A stretch of DNA of 64,000 nucleotides from an uncultured Candidatus Saccharibacteria bacterium (GCA_964557535.1 CAZLAD010000003.1:89671-153670); one strand, 5' to 3'; shown: positions 40,038-49,913, counted from the stretch's first letter. A program made the numbers and translations. Notes: generated by a model from the sequence alone, not told the origin.

Positions 40038-40823
40038 ATGCGCTACTTTGACATCCATTCTCATCTAAACCTTTCACCTCTATCAGAAAGGAAAGACGAA
40101 ATAATTAAAACTCTTGAGGAAAAAGAAACCGGTACTATAACTGTCGGGACTGATTTTGAAACATCGGCGCAGGCCGTGGCTATTGCTATTGAGAGCAATA
40201 ATCTTTTTGCGTCTGTTGGGCTTCATCCGACCGAAGTCATGGAAAAACATTTTGATTTGGATGAATTTAGAAATCTTGCAGGTAAAAATAAAGTCGTTGC
40301 TATTGGTGAGTGTGGACTCGACTATTTCCGAATTGACGCGAGCGATGAATCAACCAAAAATTTACAAAAAGAAATTTTTAATAAGCAGATTGATTTGGCG
40401 GTAGAGAAAAATATACCGCTTATTCTTCATGTTCGTCCACAGAAAGGAACAATGGATGCGTATGAAGACGTTTTAGAGATTCTTGAATCTCGAGCGAGTG
40501 AGAACATTCGTGGCGACGTACATTTTTTTGTTGGCTCACCTGAGATCGCTCATAGATTTATCAAGCTCGGATTTTATTTGTCATTTACTGGAGTTGTAAC
40601 TTTTGCCCGTGACTACGATGAAGTTATTCGCCAAACTCTGATTGATCGAATTCTTACTGAAACAGATGCGCCTTTTGTCGCCCCAATCCCACATCGTGGG
40701 GAAGTCTGCGAACCTTGGATGGTACAAGAAGTCATTAAGAAAATTGCTGAAATCAAAGGTCTAGATCTAGAAGAAACCCGTCTCCAAATCCTCCAAAACG
40801 CCAAAACTCTTTTCGATATCTAA
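40038..40823 (+). CDS. tatD: TatD family nuclease
   Basis: DIHSH, GLHP, IGECGLDY, ETDAPF. Confidence 0.95.
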   Translation: MRYFDIHSHLNLSPLSERKDEIIKTLEEKETGTITVGTDFETSAQAVAIAIESNNLFASVGLHPTEVMEKHFDLDEFRNLAGKNKVVAIGECGLDYFRIDASDESTKNLQKEIFNKQIDLAVEKNIPLILHVRPQKGTMDAYEDVLEILESRASENIRGDVHFFVGSPEIAHRFIKLGFYLSFTGVVTFARDYDEVIRQTLIDRILTETDAPFVAPIPHRGEVCEPWMVQEVIKKIAEIKGLDLEETRLQILQNAKTLFDI

Positions 40824-40878
40824 AACCTCTTAAAAATAAAGGCGATTTTGGAATCCGTAAATTCTAGGCCAAAATCGC

Positions 40879-40906
40879 TTGACAAAATTCTATAATATGC
40901 TATCTT
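40879..40906 (+). promoter_or_regulatory. Sigma70-type promoter
   Basis: TTGACA-16 nt-TATCTT with extended TG. Confidence 0.6.
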
Positions 40907-40912
40907 GTAAAA

Positions 40913-41211
40913 GTCGGTACCTCGCATAGGTACCCAAGTTCGCCCCACGCAGTGGGCTTTACAACAACAAAGGAGGCTTAAAAATCAACATTCATCCGTT
41001 GACCTACCTTCGGGTCGTGGTCTAGGGTGATCGGCCTCCAAACCGGCTAGAAGATCGAGAAGGAAAAGCTAATAATCGGCAAACTCGATCATTGTTCTAA
41101 AGCACGGCATTGCAGATTTGGACAAGCCAAGCCGGCGGATTAAGGTCCCGGTGGGGTGCGTTGGAAAGCGGGAGCTTTCTACGCCCTCATCGCGGGCCAA
41201 GTTCTTTTTTT
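40913..41211 (+). ncRNA. Unassigned ~300-nt structured RNA candidate
   Basis: GC-rich multi-hairpin block between a promoter and a long hairpin plus T-run; no credible ORF. Confidence 0.55.
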
Positions 41212-41465
41212 GAGTCATTTCCCCACATCCAATTCATGTGTGAGAGTCGTTCGCGAGCCCCGGTTGTTAGCCGGGGCTCGAATTATTTTAGGGTTTACAT
41301 TTTTATATTAATCTGGTAATATCTCCAAAGCGTTTCGTTCGACTCCTTTGAAACATAAGGCGTCGCAAGGTCCGATACGATGCGTTTTTTTATTACCAGT
41401 TTTTAGCCATTAGCTATTAGTTTTTAGCTAACGGCCAAAGGCTAACAGCTAATAGCTAACTAAAC

Positions 41466-41957
41466 ATGGAAGATACATCAAACAAGAAAGTCTACGAGCT
41501 CGGATATCACATCCTTCCAACTTTGTCAGAAGATGAAGTTGCGAAGGTGGTAACTGCACTCAAAGGAGAATTGTCAAAGATGGACGCCGAGGTTATTGCC
41601 GAAGCTCATCCAACTATGACGACTCTCGCTTATGAACTTGGAAAGGATATTGAAAACAAGAATCGTAAATTTGGCACAGCTTACTTTGGCTGGGTTAAAT
41701 TTGAAGTCGAAACATCTTTGATCGAAGGATTCAAAGAATTAATGGAGAAAAACCTAAATGTTCTTCGATTCATCATTGTCAAAACTGTCCGTGAAAGTAC
41801 TTTGGCTACACCAAAACTCGCTCACAAGGGCATGACTCGCCGCACTCCATCTGATGTCGTCGAAGGCGCACCGATGGATACTGCTGAAGTCGACAAGAAA
41901 ATCGACGAAATGATCGAAACCGACATAGAAGGAGAGACATTGCCAGAAGTTAAATAG
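41466..41957 (+). CDS. rpsF: 30S ribosomal protein S6
   Basis: YELGY..LAY..VLRF; rpsF-ssb-rpsR order. Confidence 0.9.
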   Translation: MEDTSNKKVYELGYHILPTLSEDEVAKVVTALKGELSKMDAEVIAEAHPTMTTLAYELGKDIENKNRKFGTAYFGWVKFEVETSLIEGFKELMEKNLNVLRFIIVKTVRESTLATPKLAHKGMTRRTPSDVVEGAPMDTAEVDKKIDEMIETDIEGETLPEVK

Positions 41958-41998
41958 TTTCTTACAATGGAACTAGTATTACAAACTAACTTCTCAAT

Positions 41999-42454
41999 AT
42001 GTATCTAAACAAAGCCATGGTTATCGGGAATCTAACCCGTGACCCAGAAATGAAAGCTCTACCGTCTGGTATCAAGGTCTGCAACTTCAGTGTCGCCACA
42101 AACAGAACTTGGAAAGACAAAAACGGCGCCAAACAAGAGTCGACTGACTATCACAACGTTGTGGTTTTTGGTCGCCAAGCAGAAATCGTGTCTCAATACA
42201 TGAAGAAAGGCTCTTCGATTCTCGTCGAAGGTCGCATGCAGACCAGGAGTTGGGACGCTGACGGTGGCAAAAAATACCGTACCGAAATAATTGCCGACAC
42301 AATTCAGTTTGGTCCACGATCATCCGGTGGTGGAAACTACGGAGGCGGGCAATCTGCAAACGATAATTCTACAGCGCCCGAGATGAAAGCTCCGGAACTT
42401 GAAACTATCGAGTATCCAGACGACGATATCAACCCAGACGACATCCCGTTCTAA
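41999..42454 (+). CDS. ssb: Single-stranded DNA-binding protein
   Basis: NKAMVIGNLTRDPE..DDIPF. Confidence 0.99.
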   Translation: MYLNKAMVIGNLTRDPEMKALPSGIKVCNFSVATNRTWKDKNGAKQESTDYHNVVVFGRQAEIVSQYMKKGSSILVEGRMQTRSWDADGGKKYRTEIIADTIQFGPRSSGGGNYGGGQSANDNSTAPEMKAPELETIEYPDDDINPDDIPF

Positions 42455-42492
42455 GCTATAAACTAAAACCTATTACCCATAACCTAACAAAC

Positions 42493-42690
42493 ATGCAAGA
42501 TTATTTTTCTTCAAACAATATCAAATACATCGACTACAAGGACGTGGCGATCTTGAAGCAATTTCTCGATCCAAACGCTCGCATGATGCCGAAAAAGAAA
42601 ACCAAGCTTTCGGCCAAGAACCAAAAACATTTGGCGGCTGCCGTCAAACGCGCTCGAATCATGGGATTACTTCCTTTTGTGGCGGAATAA
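42493..42690 (+). CDS. rpsR: 30S ribosomal protein S18
   Basis: IDYKD..L.QF..AVKRAR.MGLLPF. Confidence 0.97.
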   Translation: MQDYFSSNNIKYIDYKDVAILKQFLDPNARMMPKKKTKLSAKNQKHLAAAVKRARIMGLLPFVAE

Positions 42691-42700
42691 AGGGTGTTTC

Positions 42701-42814
42701 GCAAAACATAACAAAAAAGACACGCGTTCCGGCTGTAAACGCCGGCCGCTAAGACTCGGAAGCCGGCCTTGATGGGCCGGCTTCCTCCGTATTGTCTTTT
42801 TTTGTTATGTTTTG
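42701..42814. repeat. Family C structured element, copy C2
   Basis: 21-bp perfect closing stem; core CGCGTTC..CGGCTGTAAACGCCG..CCGCTAA..GACTCG shared with C1. Confidence 0.85.
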
Positions 42815-42879
42815 CTCCACCTAGATGGATAGAAAACCGAGACTGTATACTAAATACCAAATACTGTATACTTAGCAAC

Positions 42880-43473
42880 ATGCAACAAACATTCATATTC
42901 ATTGGTCGTTCCGGCTGTGGCAAGGGGACCCAGGCCGCGCTTCTCATGGAGAAATTAAAAGCCGAGGATTCAGGAGATGTTTTTTATCTTGAAACAGGTC
43001 AGAGATTCCGAGAATTCGTCAAACAGCCAAATTACACAAGCGGTCTGTCGTACGAAGTCATGAAAAGTGGTGCGCGCCAGCCAGATTTCTTGGCGGCTCA
43101 CATCTGGTCGCATGTACTTATTGATACGTTTAACGGTCGCCAACATTTGGTTATTGATGGTACTCCACGTTCAAAAAACGAGGCGGTTATTCTCGATACG
43201 GCCATGAAATTCTACCAACTCGAGAAGCCTTTCATTGTTTATATGAATGTCTCAAATGATTGGGCTCGTTCTAGATTGCTCGAACGCGGTCGCTCCGACG
43301 ATAAGGGCGCTGATGGCATAGAGAAGCGTTTAGCTTGGTTTGAACGAGATGTTATGCCGGCCGTAGAATATTACCGCAATAATCCTGATTACAACTTTCT
43401 CGAAATAAATGGTGAACAAACTATTGAAGAAGTATATACCGAACTAATTTCGAAAATAGCCTCGATTTCTTAA
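42880..43473 (+). CDS. adk: Adenylate kinase family protein
   Basis: GRSGCGKGTQA, DGTPR, RGRSDD; precedes map. Confidence 0.9.
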   Translation: MQQTFIFIGRSGCGKGTQAALLMEKLKAEDSGDVFYLETGQRFREFVKQPNYTSGLSYEVMKSGARQPDFLAAHIWSHVLIDTFNGRQHLVIDGTPRSKNEAVILDTAMKFYQLEKPFIVYMNVSNDWARSRLLERGRSDDKGADGIEKRLAWFERDVMPAVEYYRNNPDYNFLEINGEQTIEEVYTELISKIASIS

Positions 43474-44238
43474 ATGATAAAACTCAAATCAAAAGAAGAA
43501 ATAAAAATCATGAAAGAAGGCGGGCGACGCCACGCGGAAATTTTGTGCGAGGTGGCAAAGGCTGTGCGACCAGGAATTTCGACCAAAGAACTTGATGATT
43601 TAGCTTATAAATTAATTCTCGAAGGTGGCGACAAATCCGCGTTCAAAGGCTATACACCCGAAGGCGTCTCGTATCCATATCCGGCGTGTCTGTGCGTGTC
43701 GATAAACGACGAAATTGTTCACGGTATTCCAAATAAAAAAGTTTTCTTACAAGACGGCGATATCGTATCGCTTGACCTCGGACTTGTGCACAAGGGTCTC
43801 ATAACCGATGGCGCAATCACGGTGCCGGTTGGGAAAATTTCAAAAGAGGCGAAAGAGTTAATTAAGGTGACAAAAAAAGCTCTGGAGCTTGCTGTTGCAG
43901 CGGCAAAGCCGGGCGGACGCGTGGGCGACATTGGTCATGCGGTGGAAAGTTTTGTGAAGCCTCTTGGTTATGGAATTGTGAAAATTCTTTCTGGCCATGG
44001 TGTCGGTTATAGCGTCCACGAAGATCCATATGTGCCAAACTTTGGCCGAGCGGGAACAGGAGAGAAACTTGTGCCGGGGATGGTCATCGCTATAGAACCC
44101 ATGATCAATCTCGGGACAGGAGAAGTCTACGTGACCGAAGACGAATATACTTACATCACCGCCGACGGCAAACTTTCGGCGCATTTTGAACACACGGTTG
44201 CAATCACAGAAAAAGGTCCAGTAATTTTGACGAAATAA
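43474..44238 (+). CDS. map: Methionine aminopeptidase type I
   Basis: SINDEIVHGIP, GHGVG..HEDP, IEPM, SAHFEHT. Confidence 0.98.
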   Translation: MIKLKSKEEIKIMKEGGRRHAEILCEVAKAVRPGISTKELDDLAYKLILEGGDKSAFKGYTPEGVSYPYPACLCVSINDEIVHGIPNKKVFLQDGDIVSLDLGLVHKGLITDGAITVPVGKISKEAKELIKVTKKALELAVAAAKPGGRVGDIGHAVESFVKPLGYGIVKILSGHGVGYSVHEDPYVPNFGRAGTGEKLVPGMVIAIEPMINLGTGEVYVTEDEYTYITADGKLSAHFEHTVAITEKGPVILTK

Positions 44239-44242
44239 ATTT

Positions 44243-44662
44243 ATGAAAAATAAAGAATTTTCATCACTTCCGCGGGCTTTAATAATAATTTTATTTTTTG
44301 CCATTTGGATTTTTATAGAATCTATCCCAAGAATTATTGTAGAAAATACAGGCAAAGAATACGTTTCTTTTATGGGAGTAGTTTATTATCGTCTTTGGAA
44401 TGTTAATTCTCCGACGAATCATTATCGTGTGGTTCCTGTTCGTGGAGCTAAAACAAACTTCACCCTTATCGGTCGTGATTGTATAAAGGACGCTTATCAT
44501 GTTTTCTGTAATGGAAGAATTCTCCCAGGAGCCGACCCAAACACTTTTGTGGCATACAACAACATGTACACTCGCGACAAAAACAAGTTTTTTAGATGGG
44601 ACATCGAGATTAGTGAAGTCGAATTCAATGAAGGTGTTAAGCTTTTGCAAAAAGACAACTAA
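44243..44662 (+). CDS. DKNYY-like membrane-anchored protein
   Basis: TM helix; KDAYHVF..GADPNTF..RDKNKFF. Confidence 0.65.
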   Translation: MKNKEFSSLPRALIIILFFAIWIFIESIPRIIVENTGKEYVSFMGVVYYRLWNVNSPTNHYRVVPVRGAKTNFTLIGRDCIKDAYHVFCNGRILPGADPNTFVAYNNMYTRDKNKFFRWDIEISEVEFNEGVKLLQKDN

Positions 44663-44728
44663 ATCTGTATACTCGATCCCAACAACGTCCTTTACATTCT
44701 GTGGAGGGCCAATCCAAACAACAGGAAA

Positions 44729-45151
44729 ATGCAACAACTAGAACCTTTTGGAAAAGGCCTTAACTTGGTCGTGAAGGAATTGGGATTACCCAACATTCTT
44801 CGTGAACTGATGCAAAGGCCTGAAACGGTTACGACCTGGGCGATTGATCAACTGAAGGGCGTCACGTGTCCCAAATGCCGAGAGATTGGCACCATTCTTC
44901 GGATTCGATTGGGCGATGTCAGGAACATAAGTCTTCCGACTGTCCCAGGCCAATCGGAACTGGATAAAGTCGCTTGGTTTGAGAAACAGTTGGAACTCGA
45001 TTTTGGCGATTCCATTGGAAATACCGCCGAAGAAATCAGGCTGGGTGTCCTCAAGGAACAAGGAATTGCCGAGCAAAGGACTAGGTGGACGTGCTTCTCT
45101 TGCAGGCAAGAAATTCCCGCAGTGGAGTTTGTTGACCAGTTCGAGAAGTAG
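44729..45151 (+). CDS. Orphan protein with two CxxC pairs (possible Zn binding)
   Basis: CPKC..CFSC; downstream hairpin terminator. Confidence 0.55.
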   Translation: MQQLEPFGKGLNLVVKELGLPNILRELMQRPETVTTWAIDQLKGVTCPKCREIGTILRIRLGDVRNISLPTVPGQSELDKVAWFEKQLELDFGDSIGNTAEEIRLGVLKEQGIAEQRTRWTCFSCRQEIPAVEFVDQFEK

Positions 45152-45320
45152 ACGATCCGTGTTTGGAGCGAAAAGAGTCGGAGAAATCCGGCTCTTTGCT
45201 TTTTAGGGTAAAAATACATACCTTGCTCGGCAAAGTTCTTTAAGATTGAGCCTCCGAACTACTTCTTGCCTTTTTTCAAATAATATTGCAATATCCACTT
45301 GAACATCAAACCACAATCTC

Positions 45321-45974
45321 ATGGATGTAAAGGAAAGCAAGAGCTACCTCCAACTAGATGGCGGTCGCAAATGTGATCCTTCGATGTCTACGAGGGATTA
45401 CATAGAAATGTGGTGGAAAGGTTTGGAAAACCCATCCATCTACGAGAGGAATTTCTATCGTTTGTTCAATGAACATGGCAAAGACTTGGGACATTTATCG
45501 ATGCAGTTCTTTCCACCTGATCATAATGTAGCCAAAGAAGCAAAAACAAAGAAGGTTTTTGGTCACTGTCATGCCGTGGGCCATTCTCGGCTTGATTGGG
45601 GTGAGGAAATAATAAAGAAATCGACCCTTTGGCTTGGTTACATTGATGTGCAGGAAAATGGGTCCTATCTAAAGACCATAAAGCACACCTTTGTTACCTG
45701 GAATTTACCCAACGGAGACAGGATCATCTTCGATCAAGTCCTTATTAAAGCCGTGGTTGAAGGGTTGAACTTTGCTTTTTCCAATTACTATGCAATTCCA
45801 ATTCCTGCAGAGTTTCCTCGGTATGTTGAGGATTTTCTTGAGGGGTGTGGAAAGGCAAGGACCGCTTTGAACTACTCGGTCTATATGGACCACATAACTT
45901 TCGCATCCAATGAATCCACAGACAAATTATTGGCTGAGATGAATCTATTGCGAAAGAAGGACTGCCCGGGCTGA
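45321..45974 (+). CDS. Hypothetical orphan protein
   Basis: 217-aa ORF with A/C-rich leader. Confidence 0.6.
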   Translation: MDVKESKSYLQLDGGRKCDPSMSTRDYIEMWWKGLENPSIYERNFYRLFNEHGKDLGHLSMQFFPPDHNVAKEAKTKKVFGHCHAVGHSRLDWGEEIIKKSTLWLGYIDVQENGSYLKTIKHTFVTWNLPNGDRIIFDQVLIKAVVEGLNFAFSNYYAIPIPAEFPRYVEDFLEGCGKARTALNYSVYMDHITFASNESTDKLLAEMNLLRKKDCPG

Positions 45975-46038
45975 AGGCCTGGGCAGAACTGTTTCTATCT
46001 CTTGATTTCTGCCTGCATGCTACAATATTCCTATGGAA

Positions 46039-46155
46039 TCCCGTTAGAGATGTTTCGTTTGGGATTTTTAATAAACATTGCAAAATCATGGTCGTGAATT
46101 ACTCACAAAACAATAATCAAGGTACGCAAACTAAAGTTTGCTATCTCTAACGGGA
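46039..46155 (+). repeat. Family A element, copy A3
   Basis: Perfect 13-bp TIR TCCCGTTAGAGAT/ATCTCTAACGGGA; ATGGAAT at both 46033 and 46155. Confidence 0.9.
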
Positions 46156-48893
46156 TGGAATTTGGTGGAGGAATGGAGGGGCCGAAGTTTAAAACTCCTG
46201 AAGAGGAGCTCGCCTTTTTGCGTGAGAAAGTTGCAACGCACGAGAAAGAATTAGCTAGTCAAAATATTGAAAAATCCCGCGAGGCCATCACACACGAAGC
46301 TTTGTCGGCTTACAAGAAAGCCGACACCGAAGAAGTTCTACACCCAGATTTTCAAACGCCGGAGCATGAGTCCGAAGCCGTCGCGCTTGCCCTAAAGCCC
46401 GAAGAACACGACGAGCAGATTTCCGAACTCTATGGACTACTTCTCGAAAAGGGAATCAAAAACACTTTGGATATTGTCGCCCGTATGAACAATCCCCACC
46501 TCGAAGATGACTTTCATCGTTTCCTCGTCCAGTTTTTGCACACCTCCGGTAGTATTCCAGGCCTCAAAGAAACCGCGCCAGAGTGGAAGTCTTTGAACTT
46601 GTCTTTGTTTGAGGTTACGCTTCCGCCACTTGAGGGCGAGAACAAAAGCTTCAAAGATTTCTTGACCGCCATGGAGCAATTTTTCGCCGGCATGCAGACG
46701 ATTGCGTCCGGTGAACAAAATAGTTACAAACAGTATTTCACGATCGAGATTGCTGTTTCGCATGATTCTCCAGAAATTGTCTTGTATGTTTCGATTCCCA
46801 AAGAACGTAAAACGTTGCTCGAAAAACAAATTCTTTCTTTTTACAAAAATGCCCGCGTGACGGAAGTGACGAACGATTACAATGTTTTTGTCGATCAGGG
46901 TGCGACGGCCGGAGCATATGCGACACTTTCTGATCACGACGTTTTTCCGCTCAAAACTCATGACGAGTTTGATCATGATCCGATGGCGGCCATCCTAAAC
47001 GCTTTTTCCAAACTCGACAAGACGACAGAAGGCGCGGCTTTGCAGTTCGTCATCATGCCGGCCGGTGATGCCTATATCAAAAAATTTGCAAAAATTCTCG
47101 ACAAGGTAAAGCATGGCGAGAAGTTGAAGCACGCAATGGATGAATTCCACGACATCAAGCAAGAATTCAAAAATTTCGGTACCTCGCTTTTTAGAAGTAC
47201 AAAAACCCTGGAAAAACAAAAAGCCGAAGAAACCAAAGACATTGATGATACTGCTGTCGAAAATATTTCAGAGAAAATCAAATCAACCATCGTTTTGACA
47301 AATGTTCGCGTCGTCGCATCGTCGCCGTCAGCTGGTCGCACTTCCGAAATTATTTCAAATATCGAATCATCTTTTTCGCAGTTTACTCGAGCCAATTCAA
47401 ATAGCGTTCGATTTCACAAAGTAGGGGACAAGGATCGGGAAAAATTCTTCCACGCATTTTCTTTTCGTATGCCTGATGGACACGATGTCATGCCACTTAA
47501 CTTCAAAGAGCTTGCGACCTTGGTGCACTTCCCGGTTGGCACCACTGGTTCGCCCGAGCTTCGCGAATCCAAAGCGGGCGTCGCGGCTGCGCCGATCAAT
47601 ATGGGCACAAGCGGTATCAAAATCGGTATCAACTCATTTCGTGGTGTCGACACCGATGCTTATCTAAAAGAGGTTGATCGCATGCGACATTTCTATGTCA
47701 TCGGCCAGACGGGAACTGGTAAGACTGGAATTCTCATGAACATGATTCGCCAAGACATTGAAAATGGCGATGGCGTTTGTTATATCGATCCGCACGGCAC
47801 CGACATCCAGAAAATTCTTTCTTTTATTCCGAAAAACAGAATTGATGACGTTATCTATTTCGATCCGGCTTCGACGGCCAGACCAATGGCGCTCAACATG
47901 CTCGAGTTTGATCCAGAGCGTCCAGAGCAGAAAACTCTCGTCATTAACGAGCTTCTGGGGATTTTTAGTCAGCTTTTTGACATGAAGACGGCCGGCGGAC
48001 CTTTGTTCGAACAGTATTTCAAAAATTCGGCCGGACTTGTCATGGGTGATCCAGATTCGGGTAACACAATCCTCGAAATCGGTCGTGTGCTTTCGGACAA
48101 AAAATTCCGCGACATGAAGCTTGCGCGTTGTACAAATCCAATCATTACGCAGTTTTGGAAAAATGCCGAAGCTACGACAGGCGAACAAGGACTAGAGAAC
48201 TTTGTGCCGTACATCACTTCCAAATTCGACACGTTTATCTCAAACGAAATCATGCGACCAATCATCGCCCAAGAAAAATCGAGTTTTAATTTCCGCGACA
48301 TTCTTGATAACAAGAAAATTTTCTTGGCCAATCTTTCAAAGGGTCGTTTGGGTGACATCAATGCGAACCTTCTCGGCCTTATTCTCGTCGGCAAGATTCA
48401 GATGGCAGCGCTTTCTCGAGCAGATTCTGCCAGTATGAATTTCCCGCCGTTTTATCTCTACATCGACGAGTTCCAAAATTTCACCACACCATCGATTTCT
48501 TCAATTCTCTCCGAGGCGCGAAAATACAAACTTTCGCTAAATGTCGCACACCAATATCTCTCACAACTTTCGGACGATATCAAAAACGCCGTTTTGGGAA
48601 ACGTCGGCTCGATGGGGATTTTCCGTATCAGTTCTGAAGATGCCGAAGTTTTGGTCAAACGTCTGGAGCCAACATTTACTGTCCAAGACATCTTAAAACT
48701 CGATAATCGAAATGCGTATATCTCGATGCTTGTTGATGGTGTGCCGGTCAAGCCATTTAATATTCGTACGCAGGATTTACCGGCGGGTAATCCGGAAATT
48801 GTCGAATCACTCAAGGAACTTTCATTCCTCAAATTCGGTCGCCCGCGTGATGAAGTGGAGAAAGAGGTGATGGACAAGTTTATGAAGATTTAA
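46155..48893 (+). CDS. VirB4/TraD/HerA-like P-loop ATPase (T4SS coupling-protein-like)
   Basis: RHFYVIGQTGTGKT, IDPHG, LYIDEFQNF, SEARKY, AHQ. Confidence 0.9.
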   Translation: MEFGGGMEGPKFKTPEEELAFLREKVATHEKELASQNIEKSREAITHEALSAYKKADTEEVLHPDFQTPEHESEAVALALKPEEHDEQISELYGLLLEKGIKNTLDIVARMNNPHLEDDFHRFLVQFLHTSGSIPGLKETAPEWKSLNLSLFEVTLPPLEGENKSFKDFLTAMEQFFAGMQTIASGEQNSYKQYFTIEIAVSHDSPEIVLYVSIPKERKTLLEKQILSFYKNARVTEVTNDYNVFVDQGATAGAYATLSDHDVFPLKTHDEFDHDPMAAILNAFSKLDKTTEGAALQFVIMPAGDAYIKKFAKILDKVKHGEKLKHAMDEFHDIKQEFKNFGTSLFRSTKTLEKQKAEETKDIDDTAVENISEKIKSTIVLTNVRVVASSPSAGRTSEIISNIESSFSQFTRANSNSVRFHKVGDKDREKFFHAFSFRMPDGHDVMPLNFKELATLVHFPVGTTGSPELRESKAGVAAAPINMGTSGIKIGINSFRGVDTDAYLKEVDRMRHFYVIGQTGTGKTGILMNMIRQDIENGDGVCYIDPHGTDIQKILSFIPKNRIDDVIYFDPASTARPMALNMLEFDPERPEQKTLVINELLGIFSQLFDMKTAGGPLFEQYFKNSAGLVMGDPDSGNTILEIGRVLSDKKFRDMKLARCTNPIITQFWKNAEATTGEQGLENFVPYITSKFDTFISNEIMRPIIAQEKSSFNFRDILDNKKIFLANLSKGRLGDINANLLGLILVGKIQMAALSRADSASMNFPPFYLYIDEFQNFTTPSISSILSEARKYKLSLNVAHQYLSQLSDDIKNAVLGNVGSMGIFRISSEDAEVLVKRLEPTFTVQDILKLDNRNAYISMLVDGVPVKPFNIRTQDLPAGNPEIVESLKELSFLKFGRPRDEVEKEVMDKFMKI

Positions 48894-49001
48894 AACACTA
48901 CACTGTTGTGCAGTAAGGGCTAATTAATATTAATCTTGACAAAAAGCTTAATAAAGGTTAATCTATTTTTGTAACGTTCGTCAAACTAAAAACTTAAACA
49001 A

Positions 49002-49316
49002 ATGGCAGACGAAGGATTTGCTCGAGTAAAAGACCTGTGGCAAAAATGCCACGATAATCACAAGATCTACTCGGTAGATCTACCCGCGGGCGTTGTGATA
49101 TGCGGTGGCGCTGATAAGGACGGGGAGAATAGGATTTTGTCTGTTTTTTGTTACTTATCAAAAGACATTCTGCACTATGAGGAGTGGTACGTGATTCGTC
49201 CTAATGGATCTGTTGATGCTCGGAGAATTTCTCCTCTTGGCAAGAACGAGATTTTGAAGAACGATCTTCATCACGATTGGTTCGGTCAAGAAGTACTCGA
49301 GGACGAAGACGATTGA
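49002..49316 (+). CDS. Hypothetical orphan protein
   Basis: TTGACA-type promoter, A/C-rich leader, downstream hairpin. Confidence 0.55.
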   Translation: MADEGFARVKDLWQKCHDNHKIYSVDLPAGVVICGGADKDGENRILSVFCYLSKDILHYEEWYVIRPNGSVDARRISPLGKNEILKNDLHHDWFGQEVLEDEDD

Positions 49317-49436
49317 CCATTTTGGTCTTGAATACCCGGTAATGAAGTGTAACGCTTTTATCGGGTATTGTTGTTTTTGTATTTGATTTTCTTACCCCAA
49401 ATGCTAAACTACGGTCATTAAAATTTGTAAATACAT

Positions 49437-49913
49437 ATGAACACTCATCCAAAAAATGAAAAAGTCCTTATTATCATGAAGCCTGACGCTATCCAGAGAA
49501 ATTTGGTCGGCGAGATCATCGGCCGATTTGAGAAAAAGGGTCTAAAGATCAATGGTCTGAAGATGTTGTCGCTCGAAGATGTCTTACTCGAAGATCATTA
49601 TGCTCACATCAAAGACAAGCCATTTTTTGCCGGCATAAAATCTTTTATGAAATCTTCTCCGGTTGTTGTCATGGCGCTTTCCGGTATTGGCGCGGTTGAT
49701 GCTGTGCGTATTATCGTCGGACCAACCAAAGCTTTCGAAGCCCCTGGTGGAACTATTCGTGGCGATTTGGCGATGTCTATCCAATCAAACGTCGTGCACG
49801 CTTCTGATTCAGTAGAAAATGGTATTGCCGAAGTCGCACGATTCTTCAAAGATGAAGAATTGTTCTCATACCAGAAAATCGATCAGGCTCTTGTGTACGC
49901 TGACAATTTCTAA
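49437..49913 (+). CDS. ndk: Nucleoside diphosphate kinase
   Basis: KPDA, GTIRGD, NVVHASDS. Confidence 0.98.
   Translation: MNTHPKNEKVLIIMKPDAIQRNLVGEIIGRFEKKGLKINGLKMLSLEDVLLEDHYAHIKDKPFFAGIKSFMKSSPVVVMALSGIGAVDAVRIIVGPTKAFEAPGGTIRGDLAMSIQSNVVHASDSVENGIAEVARFFKDEELFSYQKIDQALVYADNF

Noticed and set aside
41110-41319. 69-aa ORF
   Set aside because: TTG start with no motif, spanning strong hairpins and terminators; likely spurious
42769-42879. N-terminal extension of adk in the ORF track
   Set aside because: Runs through the family C hairpin; ATG 42880 follows a -10 box and matches the family start
46155-48893. Conjugative element/ICE
   Set aside because: No relaxase, integrase or other T4SS genes nearby; such ATPases are common chromosomal genes in CPR
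8423-49316. Integron cassettes as explanation for the solo orphan genes
   Set aside because: Genes are dispersed, carry their own promoters, and show no attC pattern or integrase
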